Assembly (NCBI GenBank): GCA_054661495.1
Contig: BAAFSQ010000004.1
Span: 30,001 to 62,000, forward strand
Direction of reading: 5' to 3'
DNA from: Zygophlyctis sp. KS116
Lineage: Eukaryota; Fungi; Chytridiomycota
Length of the DNA: 32,000 bases
Shown: positions 13,201 to 26,706 of the stretch, in pieces
Numbering within the stretch: position 1 is the stretch's first letter
How the letters are laid out: each line of letters opens with the position of its first letter
The notes under the pieces: generated by a model
Told to the model about the DNA's origin: nothing
Seen by the model: only the letters and a program-made list of their open reading frames with translations
Databases searched by the model: none
Made by a program: the position numbers and the translations under genes

Positions 13201-13926
13201 GTCCAGTTCTTTCCTTTTTTCGATCAAATTATGCCATTACTCCAATCGTTTTTAGTCAGTCAGTCTACCTCATGCCGTCAATGGGCATTATGTGCTTTTG
13301 ACGATTTAATTGAATACACTGGCCCTGCATGTGCACCATATCAGTCTCACTTTCTTCCTTTTATAATTTCTGGTTTAAAAGATACTCACCCAGAAATCCG
13401 ACAAGCTAGTTCCTACGGTATTGGCGTAGCAGCACAGTATGGAGGTGAACCATTCAGTCAGTTTTGTGTTTCCTCCTTAGAGCATATTTTTGCTTCCATC
13501 GAAGCATATCCAAATGTTGAAGGTGATGATTCAATAGCTTTTGCCCGGGAGAATTTAATTTCAGCTGTAGGAAAAATATGTCATTTTCATTCAAACTTAT
13601 TTGATGTGGATACTGTTTTAAAGAAATGGATTGAATTACTTCCTATTCTTAAAGATGATGAAGAAGCAGTTCCTACATACTCTTACCTGTTGGATTTGGT
13701 AGAATCTCAACATCCTTCAGTTATTGCGTCAACTTTAAAAATCTCATCAATCTTAATGGAAGTGTTAGTTGTCTCTGCAGATCTTTTTACAAATCAAGAC
13801 GAATTAGTTAAGCGTATTGTCCGTGTATCTTCAGCGCTATTGTCTCACTTTGACGCCGAAACCCGCACAAAGCTTTGGATGACTCTTGATCAAGGAAAAC
13901 AAAACAAATTGCAGCAGTATTTTTAG
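10290..13926 (+). CDS. PSE1: Importin beta-3 / importin-5 (Kap121/Pse1). Introns 11271-11297, 11525-11552, 11718-11746, 12280-12309, 12601-12628, 12742-12771, 12884-13049, 13133-13161
   Basis: HEAT repeats with [85 protein letters not shown] and [13 protein letters not shown]. All introns restore the frame. Confidence 0.93.
12899..13021 (+). ncRNA. Intronic box C/D sno/scaRNA candidate; predicted guide for U2 snRNA Am30
   Basis: Box C GTGATGA at 12904-12910, box D CTGA at 13014-13017, and terminal stem TGTC (12899-12902)/GACA (13018-13021). The guide ACACTTGAT (13005-13013) is complementary to U2 AUCAAGUGU. It lies in the only long intron of the window. Confidence 0.8.
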
Positions 13927-14001
13927 AGTTATTTTAATATGAATCTTATTTAAATTTATTGATTTCGAATGATCCTCAGGCCTTGACCTGGACTTTCTCA
14001 A

Positions 14002-14963
14002 ATGGTTTACAATCCAAAGACGACGATTTATGTCTGTAATTACCAATCTTATTAATTTAATAGCTGGCCTAGATTCCATTGTAGATTCCGCAATCTTAAA
14101 TTCCATTTTCTCCCCTTTTGGTGAAATTACACAAGTACAACTTCCCATAGATCCGCAGAATGGTAAGCGATCATGGCTTATTAATCGCTAGCATCTCAGC
14201 ATAAAGGATTTGCATTTGTTGAATTTGAAACTAATGAAGACGCACAAGATGCAATTGATAACATCCACATGTCGGAATTGTATGGCAAAGTAATTAAAGT
14301 TTCTCTTGCAAGGCCTTATAAAGCAAAGGTGGATGAGACTGCAAGACCGATCTGGGATGAGACTCCAACATCTTTCACTTCATTACTTACAGTTGAAGAA
14401 AATGAAGAGACACAAACTCAAAAGAAACAAAAGCTCTTATCAAATGATTATCCCACAGTCTATTTTGATATTCAGATTAACGGTGTAGATGTAGGAAGAG
14501 TAGTGATGGCTTTGCGATCAGATGTTGTACCAATTACTGTTAAGAATTTTATGGCACTATGCAATCATGAGAAAGGATTTGGGTTCCGACGCAGTTTATT
14601 TCATAGAATAATTCCTGGTTTTATGTGTCAAGGTAAAATGAAATACTTTTATTTTCAGGTGGTGATTTTACAAGAGGCGATGGTACAGGGGGAAAATCTA
14701 TATATGGAGAGAAGTTTTCTGATGAAAACTTTGAGCTTAAGCATACAAAAGGAGGACTACTATCTATGGCAAACGCAGGTCCTAATACAAATGCTTCACA
14801 GTTTTTTATTACTACAGAGAAATCAGAGTGGCTGGATAACAAGCATGTTGTTTTTGGAGAAGTTGTAAAGGGAATGGATGTAGTTAAAAAGATTGAAAGA
14901 TGTGGGACATCATCTGGTAAACCTACAAAAAGAGTAGAAATCGTTCATTCGGGATCTTTATAG
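14002..14963 (+). CDS. PPIE: RRM plus cyclophilin peptidyl-prolyl isomerase (cyclophilin E/Cyp33). Introns 14036-14063, 14163-14191, 14633-14658
   Basis: RNP2 IYVSGL and RNP1 KGFAFVEF, followed by cyclophilin motifs [33 protein letters not shown] and [10 protein letters not shown]. Confidence 0.92.
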
Positions 14964-14969
14964 TATTTA

Positions 14970-16077
<1,108 letters not shown>

Positions 16078-16084
16078 TTACGAT

Positions 16085-16497
16085 TTATTTTACTTTTTCT
16101 GATAAAATTTGTTGATAAAATTCATGATTGACTTGTGCGATTTCATCCAAACAATTAAATTTCAATTCTAAACCATAGCAATGTTTAATCCATTCAATAA
16201 AATCACTTGTATTTCCAATCAATTGTCCTGAATTTTTATAAATCAATTGAGATAAAGAATCTTTATCCAGACAAGATCTATTAGCAGTCAACCTTCCCTC
16301 CCAATGATTTTCTAAAATAGCCTGATCTACCCAATCTGACCATTCAGAAGCATTTTTGAAAATAACTTGAACATGAAAATCTGGTAGATTCTTTTCTAGA
16401 TAATAGCCTAATGCTTCAGCCTTTATAATTAGAATCATGAATTTACATGAGCAAGGGCAGGATCTCGAGATATTCCAGAAATTATATAATGAGCCAT
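16085..16497 (-). CDS. Stand-alone protein resembling the N-terminal domain of MDH1B (128 aa). Intron 16421-16446
   Basis: The spliced sequence MAHYIISGISRDPALAHAEALGYYLEKNLPDFHVQVIFKNASEWSDW...GQLIGNTSDFIEWIKHCYGL resembles the animal MDH1B N-terminus as recalled (YLQKNLPDF...WEDW...LLGGYNEFLE). No MDH domain follows. Confidence 0.7.
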
Positions 16498-16652
16498 AAT
16501 TCATAAACAAATAAAAATCTCGTATTTTACATGAAGGATTTCTGGTTTGATAAGAATCCAGAAAAAATTTGACTGCTTGTTCTGCTTGATTTAAAATTTC
16601 TTTCGGATCTTGCTGATTTGGAAATTAATTTGATAAATTAATATCAAAAATA

Positions 16653-19600
16653 ATGTCCAGTTCTGACTGTGACGATGATGTTAGTTTTACGGCCTCTCCA
16701 AAGAAAAAGGTATCATTCACATAGTTTCTGAAATATAGGTTTCACAGCTTCTAAAGCCAAAAGGACAAAGTAAAGTAGTAAAGAAAAAGTCTAAGCCCGA
16801 ATCTTCGCCATTGAGTAATTTTACTTCTACAACCTCTCATAATCCTAAAAAAACTATTGAACAGATTTACCAAAAGAAAACTCAGTTGGAGCATATTCTT
16901 CTTCGGCCAGATTCTTACATTGGTTCAACAGAGGCGCAAACTACCAATTTATGGGTTTATGAAAATGATGGTATGGTTTACAAAAGTATTACATACGTTC
17001 CTGGATTCTATAAAATATTTGATGAAATAATTGTTAATGCTGCTGATAATAAAGTACGGGATCCAAAAATGGATACTATCAAGGTTTCTATTGATAGAGA
17101 AAATAATACAATCTCAGTATGGAATAATGGAAAAGGAATTCCAATTGAAATGCACGCAAAGGAAAAAGTTTATGTACCAGAACTTATTTTTGGTCATTTG
17201 TTAACTTCATCAAAGTAATTTTTACTCTTTTTCTAATTAAAGCTACGATGACGAAGAAAAAAAAGTTACCGGTGGGAGAAATGGATATGGTGCAAAGCTT
17301 TGTAATATTTTTTCAACAGAATTTATCGTGGAAACTTGTGATGCAAAGACTGGGAAGAAGTTTAGACAAGTTTATCGAAATAATATGAGTGATAGAACTC
17401 CACCTGAAATTGTTCAAGCATCTAAAAAGGAAGAATATACTAAAATCACCTTCAAGCCTGATTTAGCTAGATTTCATTTGGAATCTATTGATGATGATTT
17501 TGAGGCTCTTTTGAAAAAAAGGGTCTATGATCTTGCTGGATGTTGTCATGGGGTCAAGGTGTATCTAAATGATATTCGAATCAAAATCAAGGTATGTTAG
17601 GGAGGTCTAAATATTGTAGGACTTTAAAGAGTATATTGAATTATACTTGAATAGTCGATCAAACAATTCTAATGATTCTGAATTTACAAGTGCTGCAAAT
17701 GGAAAGTCTACTGTAATCTATGACACAGACAAAAATCGTTGGGAAATTGGTTTTGCTGTATCTGACGGTCAGTTCCAGCAAGTTAGTTTTGTCAATTCGA
17801 TATGTACAATTAAAGGAGGAACGCATGTCAACTTTATTGCTGATCAAGTAGTTTCTCAACTTATCGAAGCTGTAAAAAAGAAGGATAAGAAAGGCGCACC
17901 TGTAAAGCCATTTCAAGCCAAGAATCATTTATGGCTATTTGTAAATTGTTCTATTGAAAATCCAACTTTTGACTCTCAAACCAAAGAAACAATGACTCTT
18001 AGAGCTAGCTCTTTTGGTTCTAAATTCACTGTTGGAGAGGATTTCATGAAAAAGGGTATTAAGCTAGATATCACTTACTTTTTATAGTTATGAAATCCGG
18101 TGTCGTTGACAACATTTTAAAGTTTGTTCATTTCAAAGAAAATCAAATGTTAAAGAAAACAGATGGAGCAAAAAAAACTCGTATTTCTGGAATTGTTAAA
18201 TTGGGTAATTATTGTAATTGGTTTACATAAAGATGATGCGAACAATGCGGGAACAAGATTGGGCAATCAATGTACATTGATCCTTACAGAAGGAGATTCT
18301 GCAAAATCTTTAGCTGTTTCAGGTCTTGCTGTTGTCGGAAGAGATAATTTTGGAGTGTTCCCACTCCGAGGAAAGTTGTTGAACGTACGTGATGCTAGTC
18401 CCTCTATGGTATCAAATAATGCTGAAATCAATTCAATCAAACAAATTCTGGGCTTACAGCATGGGAAGGTTTACGATGCCACAGATTCTTTACGATATGG
18501 ACATTTAATGATTATGACAGATCAGGATCACGATGGCTCGCATATTAAAGGCCTTATCATAAATCTTCTCGATCATTTTTGGCCAAGCTTGATGAAAATT
18601 CCCGGCTTTTTGTTAGAGTTTATTACTCCAATTGTGAAAGTAATTTTAATTAATTTTACCGCAAGGTTTCAAAAGGAAAGGGAAATAATGCTGTTGAAAA
18701 ATCTTTTTTCACCATTCCAGAATATGAAAATTGGAAGGAGGAAAATGAGGATGGAAAAGGATGGCACATTAAGTACTATAAGGTATTGAACGTAAAAAAT
18801 AAAAATTACAGGGTCTGGGTACCTCGACTACTGCTGATGCCAAAAAGTATTTCTCAGATATGAATAAGCATTTAAAACCTTTCTCAGTTTGCGAAAATGA
18901 AGAGAGAGGGTATGTGGATATGGCCTTCAACAAGAAAAAAGCTGATGATAGAAAAGAATGGCTCCGCCAATTTCAGCCTGGTACATACATGGATCATCGA
19001 ACGCAGGAAATCTCAATCGGTGATTTTATAAATAAAGAACTGATTCTTTTCTCTATGGCTGATAATGCACGTTCTATACCTTCTGTAATGGATGGCTTTA
19101 AGCCAGGGCAGAGAAAAATATTGTTTGCTTGCTTCAAAAGAAATCTTAAATCAGAAATTAAAGTTGCACAATTGGCTGGTTATGTCTCTGAACATGCCGC
19201 ATATCATCATGGAGAGCAAAGTTTGTGTAGTACAATTGTGGGAATGGCCCAAAATTATGTCGGTTCAAACAACTTGAACTTTTTAGAACCATTAGGTCAA
19301 TTTGGTACACGTTTGCAAGGTGGTAAAGATGCTGCTAGTGCTCGTTATATTTTTACTAATCTATCGCCATTTTCCAGACTTGCATTTCATCCCGCTGATG
19401 ATGCACTCTTGAAAACCTTAAATGATGATGGACAAAGTATTGAACCAGAATGGTATCTTCCTGTTATCCCTATGGTTTTAGTAAATGGAGCAGAAGGCAT
19501 TGGTACTGGTTGGTCAACATCAGTTCCTAACTATAATCCCCGAGATATAGTTGAAAATATTCATCTTTACTTGAGAAATGAAGAGCTGAAGCCTATTCAC

Positions 19601-21082
19601 CCCTGGTATCGTGGATTTACAGGGAAAATTGAGTATATCGGAAAGGAACGCTACCGGGTCACAGGGACTATAACCAAAATCAATGAAACTACAGTAGAAA
19701 TTACAGAGCTTCCCATTCGGAGCTGGACGCAAAATTATAAAGAACAGCTAGAAGAATGGCTTCAGGGAAGTGAGAAAGTCACTGCTTGGATCAAAGACTA
19801 CAAGGAGTATCACACGGATTCTTCAGTTCATTTTGTAATTACTTTGTCTGAAGCGAACATGGCAGCAGCTGAAAAAGAAGGACTGGAAGTAAAGTTTAAA
19901 TTAATCTCACAGATTGCAACTTCTAATTTGGTATGCTTTGATCGCGAAGGGCGAATCAGGAAATATACCTCTGTTAATGATATTTTAAGTGAATTCTGTG
20001 ACGCTAGAAAAGAGTTTTATCAAAAAAGAAAAGTAATTACTCTTATAAACTAATATTTCAGGAACATCTTTTGCAGCAACTCACAGCTGAACTAACCCGA
20101 CTGGAAAATCGAGTTCGATTTGTTACAGAAATAATTGAAGGAAAACTTATTGTTCAAAATCGCAAAAAAGTGGATTTAATTCAGGATTTAAAAAAGCGAG
20201 GATATCATCCCATTTATAAATCTGGTTCTGTTGAGGCTGAAGAAGGCGATAAAGACTCTGCAGAAAATTCAGCAGGAAACAATCACGGGTATGATTATTT
20301 GATGAGCATGCCGATTTGGAGTCTGACCATGGAAAAAGTAAAATGATTCTTTATTAAAATATTAGGTCCAATCCCTGCTGGCAGAGAAACGAGGCAAAGA
20401 ACAAGAGGTCAAAATCCTGATAGGACAGACAGTGAATGACCTTTGGAGAACAGATTTGGATGCGCTTTTAGCACAATGGGATGAATTTGAAAGAATGCAG
20501 TCTGAACTCGAGTCTACCAGGCCAGGAAAATCTGGAGTTTCAAAAAAGATCCCTCTTAAAAAAGCCAAACCAAAGAAGAAGGATGATTCTGATGTCTCTA
20601 TGGAAGGAGAAGACGATGAATTTTCTGTGGCAAAAAAGAAAAAACCAATTAAAGCCAAATCTGCATCTTCAGTTGCTCTAAAGAAGGAATCCCCCAAGAA
20701 GGAATCTCCTAAAAAGAAATCGCTGGCTTCTTCTGCTCCTGTATTGACCAAGTCGAAACCAAAGCCGAAACCTGTTATTTCAAAGACTGCGTCAAAGGGA
20801 ATAGACTCTTATTTTTCCGTTGATAAACCAAAGATATCAAGTCCTGTGGCTAGCTTAAGTGAATCTCTTTCTTCAATGGACGTGGAATCCAAGAAGAACA
20901 AGACGCGTGAGCCTGAAGCAATGCAAGTCTCTGACGATGATCTCATTTTGTCTAGTACTCCCAAAAGAAGATCTCCCAGGGCAGCGAAAAAGAAGACAAT
21001 AGTTATCTCATCTGAATCGGAATCTTTAGACTCTGAAAGCGAGCCTGAATTTGATGAGTCAGACTTTGAAGAAGATGAATAA
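16653..21082 (+). CDS. TOP2: DNA topoisomerase II. Introns 16710-16738, 17215-17242, 17592-17619, 18056-18087, 18205-18232, 18640-18665, 18783-18811, 20033-20061, 20338-20365
   Basis: EHILLRPDSYIGS, GGRNGYGAK, LILTEGDSAK, PLRGKLLNV, IMTDQDHDGSHIKG, YYKGLGTS, catalytic ASARY and a Lys/acidic C-terminal tail. Confidence 0.98.
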
Positions 21083-21114
21083 ATTGATGTTGATTTATTT
21101 CTCCAATTTTAAAT

Positions 21115-21521
21115 TTATTCCGGCTATCATTATTAGACAAGTAAACTTACACGAGGATTAGAATTCTCATTGTGGAATAGAGAATCATCACCCCAGGGAA
21201 ATGGCTAAAGATTAACAGTCATGAATTTACATTTTTTCGCTTTCGAAGATAAGAATACTCCTTCAACTTGTTTGGATGTTCTTCCAAATGTCTGATATGT
21301 TCCAATTCCTGAGGAAGACTGTAAGCAGCAACAATGACGAGTCCGGGGATCACTAAAAAGAGATTTATATTCTTCCAAAGACGAATGGATTCTTTGAATT
21401 AAATTTCTTTAAAATCACCTTTGGCACCAACTCTAGCCTGTAAGTCTTCCTTTAACATGACTTCATTCAAGGGAGGCAAAGACTGTCGAACAGTCGAAGA
21501 AAAGCGACGAAAGAAATTCAT
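21115..21521 (-). CDS. COX13: Cytochrome c oxidase subunit VIa (108 aa; absent from the ORF track). Introns 21392-21418, 21205-21230, 21124-21150
   Basis: The hand-spliced product has presequence MNFFRRFSSTVRQS, TM WKNINLFLVIPGLVIVAAYS and YSYLRKRKNPFPWGDDSLFHN. The exon total of 327 nt is in frame. The stop would be at 21133 if the last intron is not spliced. Confidence 0.88.
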
Positions 21522-21591
21522 TTTTGACGCCACACGACGCCGCTCAATTGTCATACTCTGACATAATCTTGCATCATCAAAATCTTATTTT

Positions 21592-22993
21592 TCATAAAAT
21601 CTCATCAGTCATTTTGATTCCAAGAGACTCCAATTCCTTAATAATGGGATATACCAATTCCGGAGTCATGGGTGCTAATACACCACGTTCTTTAATTACT
21701 CCCTCTAAAATTAATCTAGTAGCTATTCCAGCAGGAACTCCAACAGTAGTTGCCATAGCACTAGGTCCAAAAGGTTCTCCAAACCAAAGTCCAGTACAAG
21801 ATTGGTTTTGAATAGATCCATCTTTTAACTGAATTTTAAATTTATGTTGCAACATAACCATATCACGCTCTCCAGGACCGTACATCATTTTTTCTTCGAG
21901 TAGACAGCATAAAGTATCTAACAAATTTCCTTTACAATTGACTATATTATTTGAAAACAGTCCCAACCATTTTAATCCATGGATAATTTGATCAGATTCA
22001 TCAGTATTTTTTAAAAGAGAGCTTTTAACAAGTATAGACTCTACAAGAGTTCTAAAAATTAAAATATTAAAGAGAAATTACTCTTCATCACAAGTTTTAG
22101 TCTGTAAAATCAATTTCATCAATTCTATCCAAGTAATACTAGTACCTTGAGTTACAAATGCACATGGCTCATCATTAAGAAATCCTAGAGATCCTAAAAC
22201 TTTTACAAATCCAGGAAAAACTGCATATCTTAGAGTTCCTCTTATTAAAGTTTTACATTCCGGAATAGAATATCTTTCAGTATAAGGAGTAGAATCTCTA
22301 TTTGGATATCCAACAAACGCAAAAGCAGGATAAATCTGTAGAGGTTTTACTGCGCTCATAAGATTATCACCACTAATTTCAACTACAGAACCATCCTTTA
22401 GAAATTTAGCTGAATTTTTAAGAGCTAATAAGACTCCTCTTGAGGACCAACTAAATTTATAACCAAGTGGATTATTGGAAGCCTCTGGAGATGGTAATCC
22501 ACCGCAATAAGAAGTAAATTCTAAAATTTTCCCACCTGTAGAATGAACTTTATCAATAGTTTTAATTGCATACAAGTGATCTATCCCTGGATCAACCCCA
22601 ATTTCATTAAAAACCGTAATTCCAGCATTTTTCGCTCTAAAAAACATTAATAAATATCATTTACTCTTGATGCAATTCCTGCATTGCTGGAGAAACATAT
22701 GATGTAGTAACCACATGTTTTTTATTTTGTATTGCAGCCTTGATCACTTTTACATGATGTGTATAAGGAATTAAAGAAATCACCAAATCATGTTTAGCGA
22801 TTGCATCCGACAATTGTTTTTCATCGCCCACATCCAAACTTGTATAGCTTGCATTATTAAACTTTTTGGCCAATTCCGATGCTGCTTCCGTTCGTCTGGC
22901 TGCGACTGTGATTTGATACTCTGGAAACTTTGCCAAATACGCTAAACAAGGTCCAGCAACGAATCCTGATCCCAATAACAGAATTTTTGTCAT
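21592..22993 (-). CDS. LYS9: Saccharopine dehydrogenase (NADP+, L-glutamate-forming) / saccharopine reductase (447 aa). Introns 22052-22081, 22637-22664
   Basis: KILLLGSGFVA, VISLIPY, HVVTTSYVSPAM, NEIGVDPGIDHLYA, SYCGGLPSPEASNNPLGYKFSWSSRG, YPNRDS, RGTLRY, ERDMVMLQHKF and SAMATTVGVP. Confidence 0.96.
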
Positions 22994-23048
22994 TTTCAAA
23001 CCAGCGCCCCAAGCTAGATTAAAGTGTCTGTGGGTAGTGAGTGGTCAA

Positions 23049-23777
23049 ATGTCAAATGCAAAAAGAAAATCAACATATTTCAAACTTCCAATCGCTAAAA
23101 ACGCAAAGATTCAATCTTCTAGTTCTAAAACGCCATTACAAAGACATTTAGAAATTTTAGAATTTCTTCCCAAATTAAAAGTACAAGAACCTTGTAAAAT
23201 ATCAGAAATAGAATTACTCAAGAGAAATCACTTGTTTTTAAGGGAACAAGACTCAAAGAATTGGGAAGAGAGACTTGCACAAAAATATTATGATCAATTA
23301 TTCAAGGAATACTGTTTATCTAATCTGTCAAGGTATAAAACAGGACAGATTGCTCTCAGATGGAGGACTAGAGAGGAAGTTATGGCAGGAAAAGGACAGT
23401 TTACTTGTGGGAATTTGGAATGTTTAAAAACAATAGAATTGGCTTCGTATGAAGTGAATTTTGGGTATTTAGAACAAGGAATAAAGAAAAATGCTCTTGT
23501 TAAATTAAGGCTCTGTAAAGACTGTGGATATAAACTGAATTACAAAAAAAGGCATTCTAAATCTAAAAGAATTATTGAAGAAAAATCATTAGATTTGGAA
23601 AATAAGGATATTGAAGCAGTACAAGAAAATGAAGAAACTGTTCAAGAATTAGAAAAAGAAGAAGAGAAAAGCCAAGATTTAGAGTCGCATTTCTGGGCGC
23701 AAAATGGTAAAAAGAATGATTTAGAATTGTCAAAAGAAGAGGAATTTGATCAATATTTTGCAGATCTTTTGCAATAA
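23049..23777 (+). CDS. FRA10AC1: FRA10AC1 family protein (spliceosome-associated)
   Basis: WEERLAQKYYDQLFKEYC, IALRWRTREEVMAGKGQFTCGN, SYEVNFGYLEQGIKKNALVKLRLCKDCGYKLNY and terminal FDQYFADLL. Confidence 0.92.
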   Translation: MSNAKRKSTYFKLPIAKNAKIQSSSSKTPLQRHLEILEFLPKLKVQEPCKISEIELLKRNHLFLREQDSKNWEERLAQKYYDQLFKEYCLSNLSRYKTGQIALRWRTREEVMAGKGQFTCGNLECLKTIELASYEVNFGYLEQGIKKNALVKLRLCKDCGYKLNYKKRHSKSKRIIEEKSLDLENKDIEAVQENEETVQELEKEEEKSQDLESHFWAQNGKKNDLELSKEEEFDQYFADLLQ

Positions 23778-23794
23778 ACTAAAAGAATTCATTT

Positions 23795-26640
23795 TTAAGT
23801 GTTTTCTGATCTTTGTTCTTGTTCCATGGCAAGGTAGGCTAATTCATCTGCTGACATTGTTAGTTGAAATATAGTGGGAGTTCTGCTTAGAGGTTTGTCA
23901 ATATTGTGGAAATTTGCTTCCAAGGATTTAGAATTAGAATTGGTTGATACTAGAGGGATGTCTTGAGAAGTAATAGAGTCTGAAGTGCCATAACTGGTAA
24001 AACTTTGATTCCTGGGTCGGTTTCTTGAAAAATCTATCAGAGAAGCTCTTCTTGGTGGTGGTCCCAGATCAGATGATTCTTCAGAAGAAAGAAATGGATT
24101 GTTATTGGAATGATCAGTCTTTAAAAAGATGACACTAGATCTTCTTGAATCTACACTTATTTTTGAAGGAAATTCAAATAGAAATTTAGAAACGTCTGAG
24201 CCTCGTCGGCTTTTACGTCTGTTTCTATCATGCATGATTCGTTTCATTTCCTTTTCGCTTTCTTTTGCAATTATCTTTTCAACCATTAATGAAGCTTCTT
24301 CTGGGCCCATTATTTGAATCAAAAATCTGGTTTCAATTCTAGTGCAATATCTTTTCCAGGCTTTTTGTATTTTATACGCAGCAGAAATCTTCTCAGAGTC
24401 TGATACTTCATCTTCAATAAGTATATGCTGCTCTACAAAAGAGTTTCGGCCATTTGCAATCAAGCCTACTTTAGAGTGTCTTCTATTTAAATTCACACTT
24501 GTAGAAACCATCAGTGTAGGTATTTCCGGGACAGAATCTGAAATTTGAGATAATCTACGCATCAAGCTCCCTCTGCGAATCACTTTTGCGGGCTTATTAA
24601 ATTGAGAGTGCGTTGTGATTTTTTTCTTATAGTCTCTCCAACATTTTTCAATTGTGAAAATTGACTTTTTGAGAAGTTCGATTCCTGTGATTCCTCCAAA
24701 CTTGCGGACAAATTGTGCGCTTTCATGACAACCGGCAGATATGGCGTAATCTAATGGGGTACATCGCTCTGAATCTGGAGAAAAGTCAATCATATTAGGA
24801 TTTGCTCCCAGCGCTAATAGCAATTCCACTGAAGCGACTTGTCTTGCACCACAGGCCCTAAAGTTATTCATATTGGCTTACCAATGGAGGGCCGTTATTC
24901 CATCAAAATCCCGGACATCAGGATTGGCATTACTCTTGACGAGAAAACTTATGGCATCAAGATTACCATTATATGCTGCACAATGAAGAGGTGTTTTTCC
25001 TGTTAGATCTTTTGAATTGGCATCAGCTCCACTGGCCAAAAGTAAACTTAACACATTTAGGCGACCAAACATGGCTGCAAAGTGAATTGGCCTTCTGCCG
25101 TCGTCATCTGCTATAGAACAATTCGATCCTTTCTGAATAAGAAGTGCTGCAGTTTCAGCATGTCCGTTCTCAATTGTTTTGAAAAGCGCAGTTCTTGAGA
25201 AAAGATCAGCAGAATCAATTTGACAACCAGACTGTAATAGAAGTGATGCACACATTGTGTTACCGGATGATGCAGCAGCATGAAGTGGCGCACACTGTTG
25301 ATGGTCATTCGTTTCTATATCAGCTCCTTTATCTAACAAAACTTTCAGAGTTTGCACATGCCCTTTTAAGATCGCCCATACAATAGGTGTTCGTCCTTCT
25401 GCGTCAGGAAGATAGGCATAATTTCTGCCTTCTGTGAGAATCATAACACATTTTATATGATTTTTTGATGCAGCATAGTGTAGTGCGGTTGCTTTTGTAG
25501 CATCTGATAAAGAGTCATCTGCATTATATTTCAGTAGGACTTCCAATATATTGGAATAACCAGCAACCGCGGCCCAATGCAAAGCTGTTCTTTTCATATC
25601 ATCCTGAGCATTTATATCACATGCCGAATGGCTAGACAGTAGGTGAACCAAACCAATATTGTTCTCTCCGCATGCGAGATGCAGGCTTGTTCTTCCATCC
25701 TATCATCAAACTAAAATTCAACTTACAATGTCTTTCACATTCAAAATTCCCCAATTACAAGCGTTCAGTATTTTTATGGCACTAGATTGTTCGTACTTTC
25801 CTATTTCTAGCAAATGATTTGCACACCAATGCAGTACAGTCTTTCTATTATTATTCAGAGGAGCCATTACCCTTCTATATCTGTCCTTCCCAAGTCCAGA
25901 CGATATTTTTTTGATAACATAATATCCAAGTGCTCGGTGTGGTTTTTTGCTACAGTCCAGTGAAGTGGAGTCATTCCTTCATTATCTCCATCATTGATTT
26001 CTTCACATCCTTTTGTGTGCTGCAAAACTAAAGCAAGGCATTTAGCCGAACTATGTGCTGCTACTATATGAAAAGCAGTTCTACCCAAAGAGTCCCTTAA
26101 AAAATACTGCGCTCCTTTCTTCAATAGTAGTTTGACAACATCAAAAGAGCCAATTTCACAAGCATGATGAAGAGCTGTACGATGTTTATCATCAACAGAA
26201 TTAATAAACGCTCCTAGTTGAATAATAAGTTTGATTGCTTCTATAGGAGCATTTGCCTTTACCGCATCTATAAGTATAGTAGGCTCACCATAACCTCCCC
26301 TTGCATTCATTGAATATCCTCTAGCCCACTCTTTAATACCTTTAAGATCTCCCGATATTGCTGCAGATCTCAAGGGATTAAAGCTTGTATTATTAACTGT
26401 ATGCTTCCTATCTTCATCAACCTTTTTCTTCTTCTTGCCGTTTTTCGATTCTAGAAGTTTACGAAGCTCTTTGATCTGATCGAAATCCAGAGATTCTTTA
26501 AAGTCAAAATTTGGAAAGTTTGGTTGGATTATTTTTACAATCGTATAATGATTTAGATCGAATGCATTCCTACACAGCTGAAATTAAAAAGCATTCCTTG
26601 CCTTCCTCCCAATCTCATCAAACAATGGGCCAAAGATCAT
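23795..26640 (-). CDS. Multi-ankyrin-repeat protein with two IQ-like motifs (inversin-like). Introns 24858-24881, 25700-25726, 25845-25870, probable GC-AG 26578-26601
   Basis: Many G-TPLH/TALH repeats, followed by SIFTIEKCWRDYKKK and AAYKIQKAWKRY and a Ser/Arg-rich tail. The start codon is uncertain. Confidence 0.8.
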
Positions 26641-26706
26641 TGAAATCTCTATTTGTCCGGAAATTTACTTAATATAACTTAAACGTTTATTTGCCGAACA
26701 TGCAAA

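Noticed and set aside
20682-20716. KKESPKKESPKK duplication in the TOP2 tail
   Set aside because: Ordinary low-complexity, CDK-site-like repeat in a disordered C-terminus.
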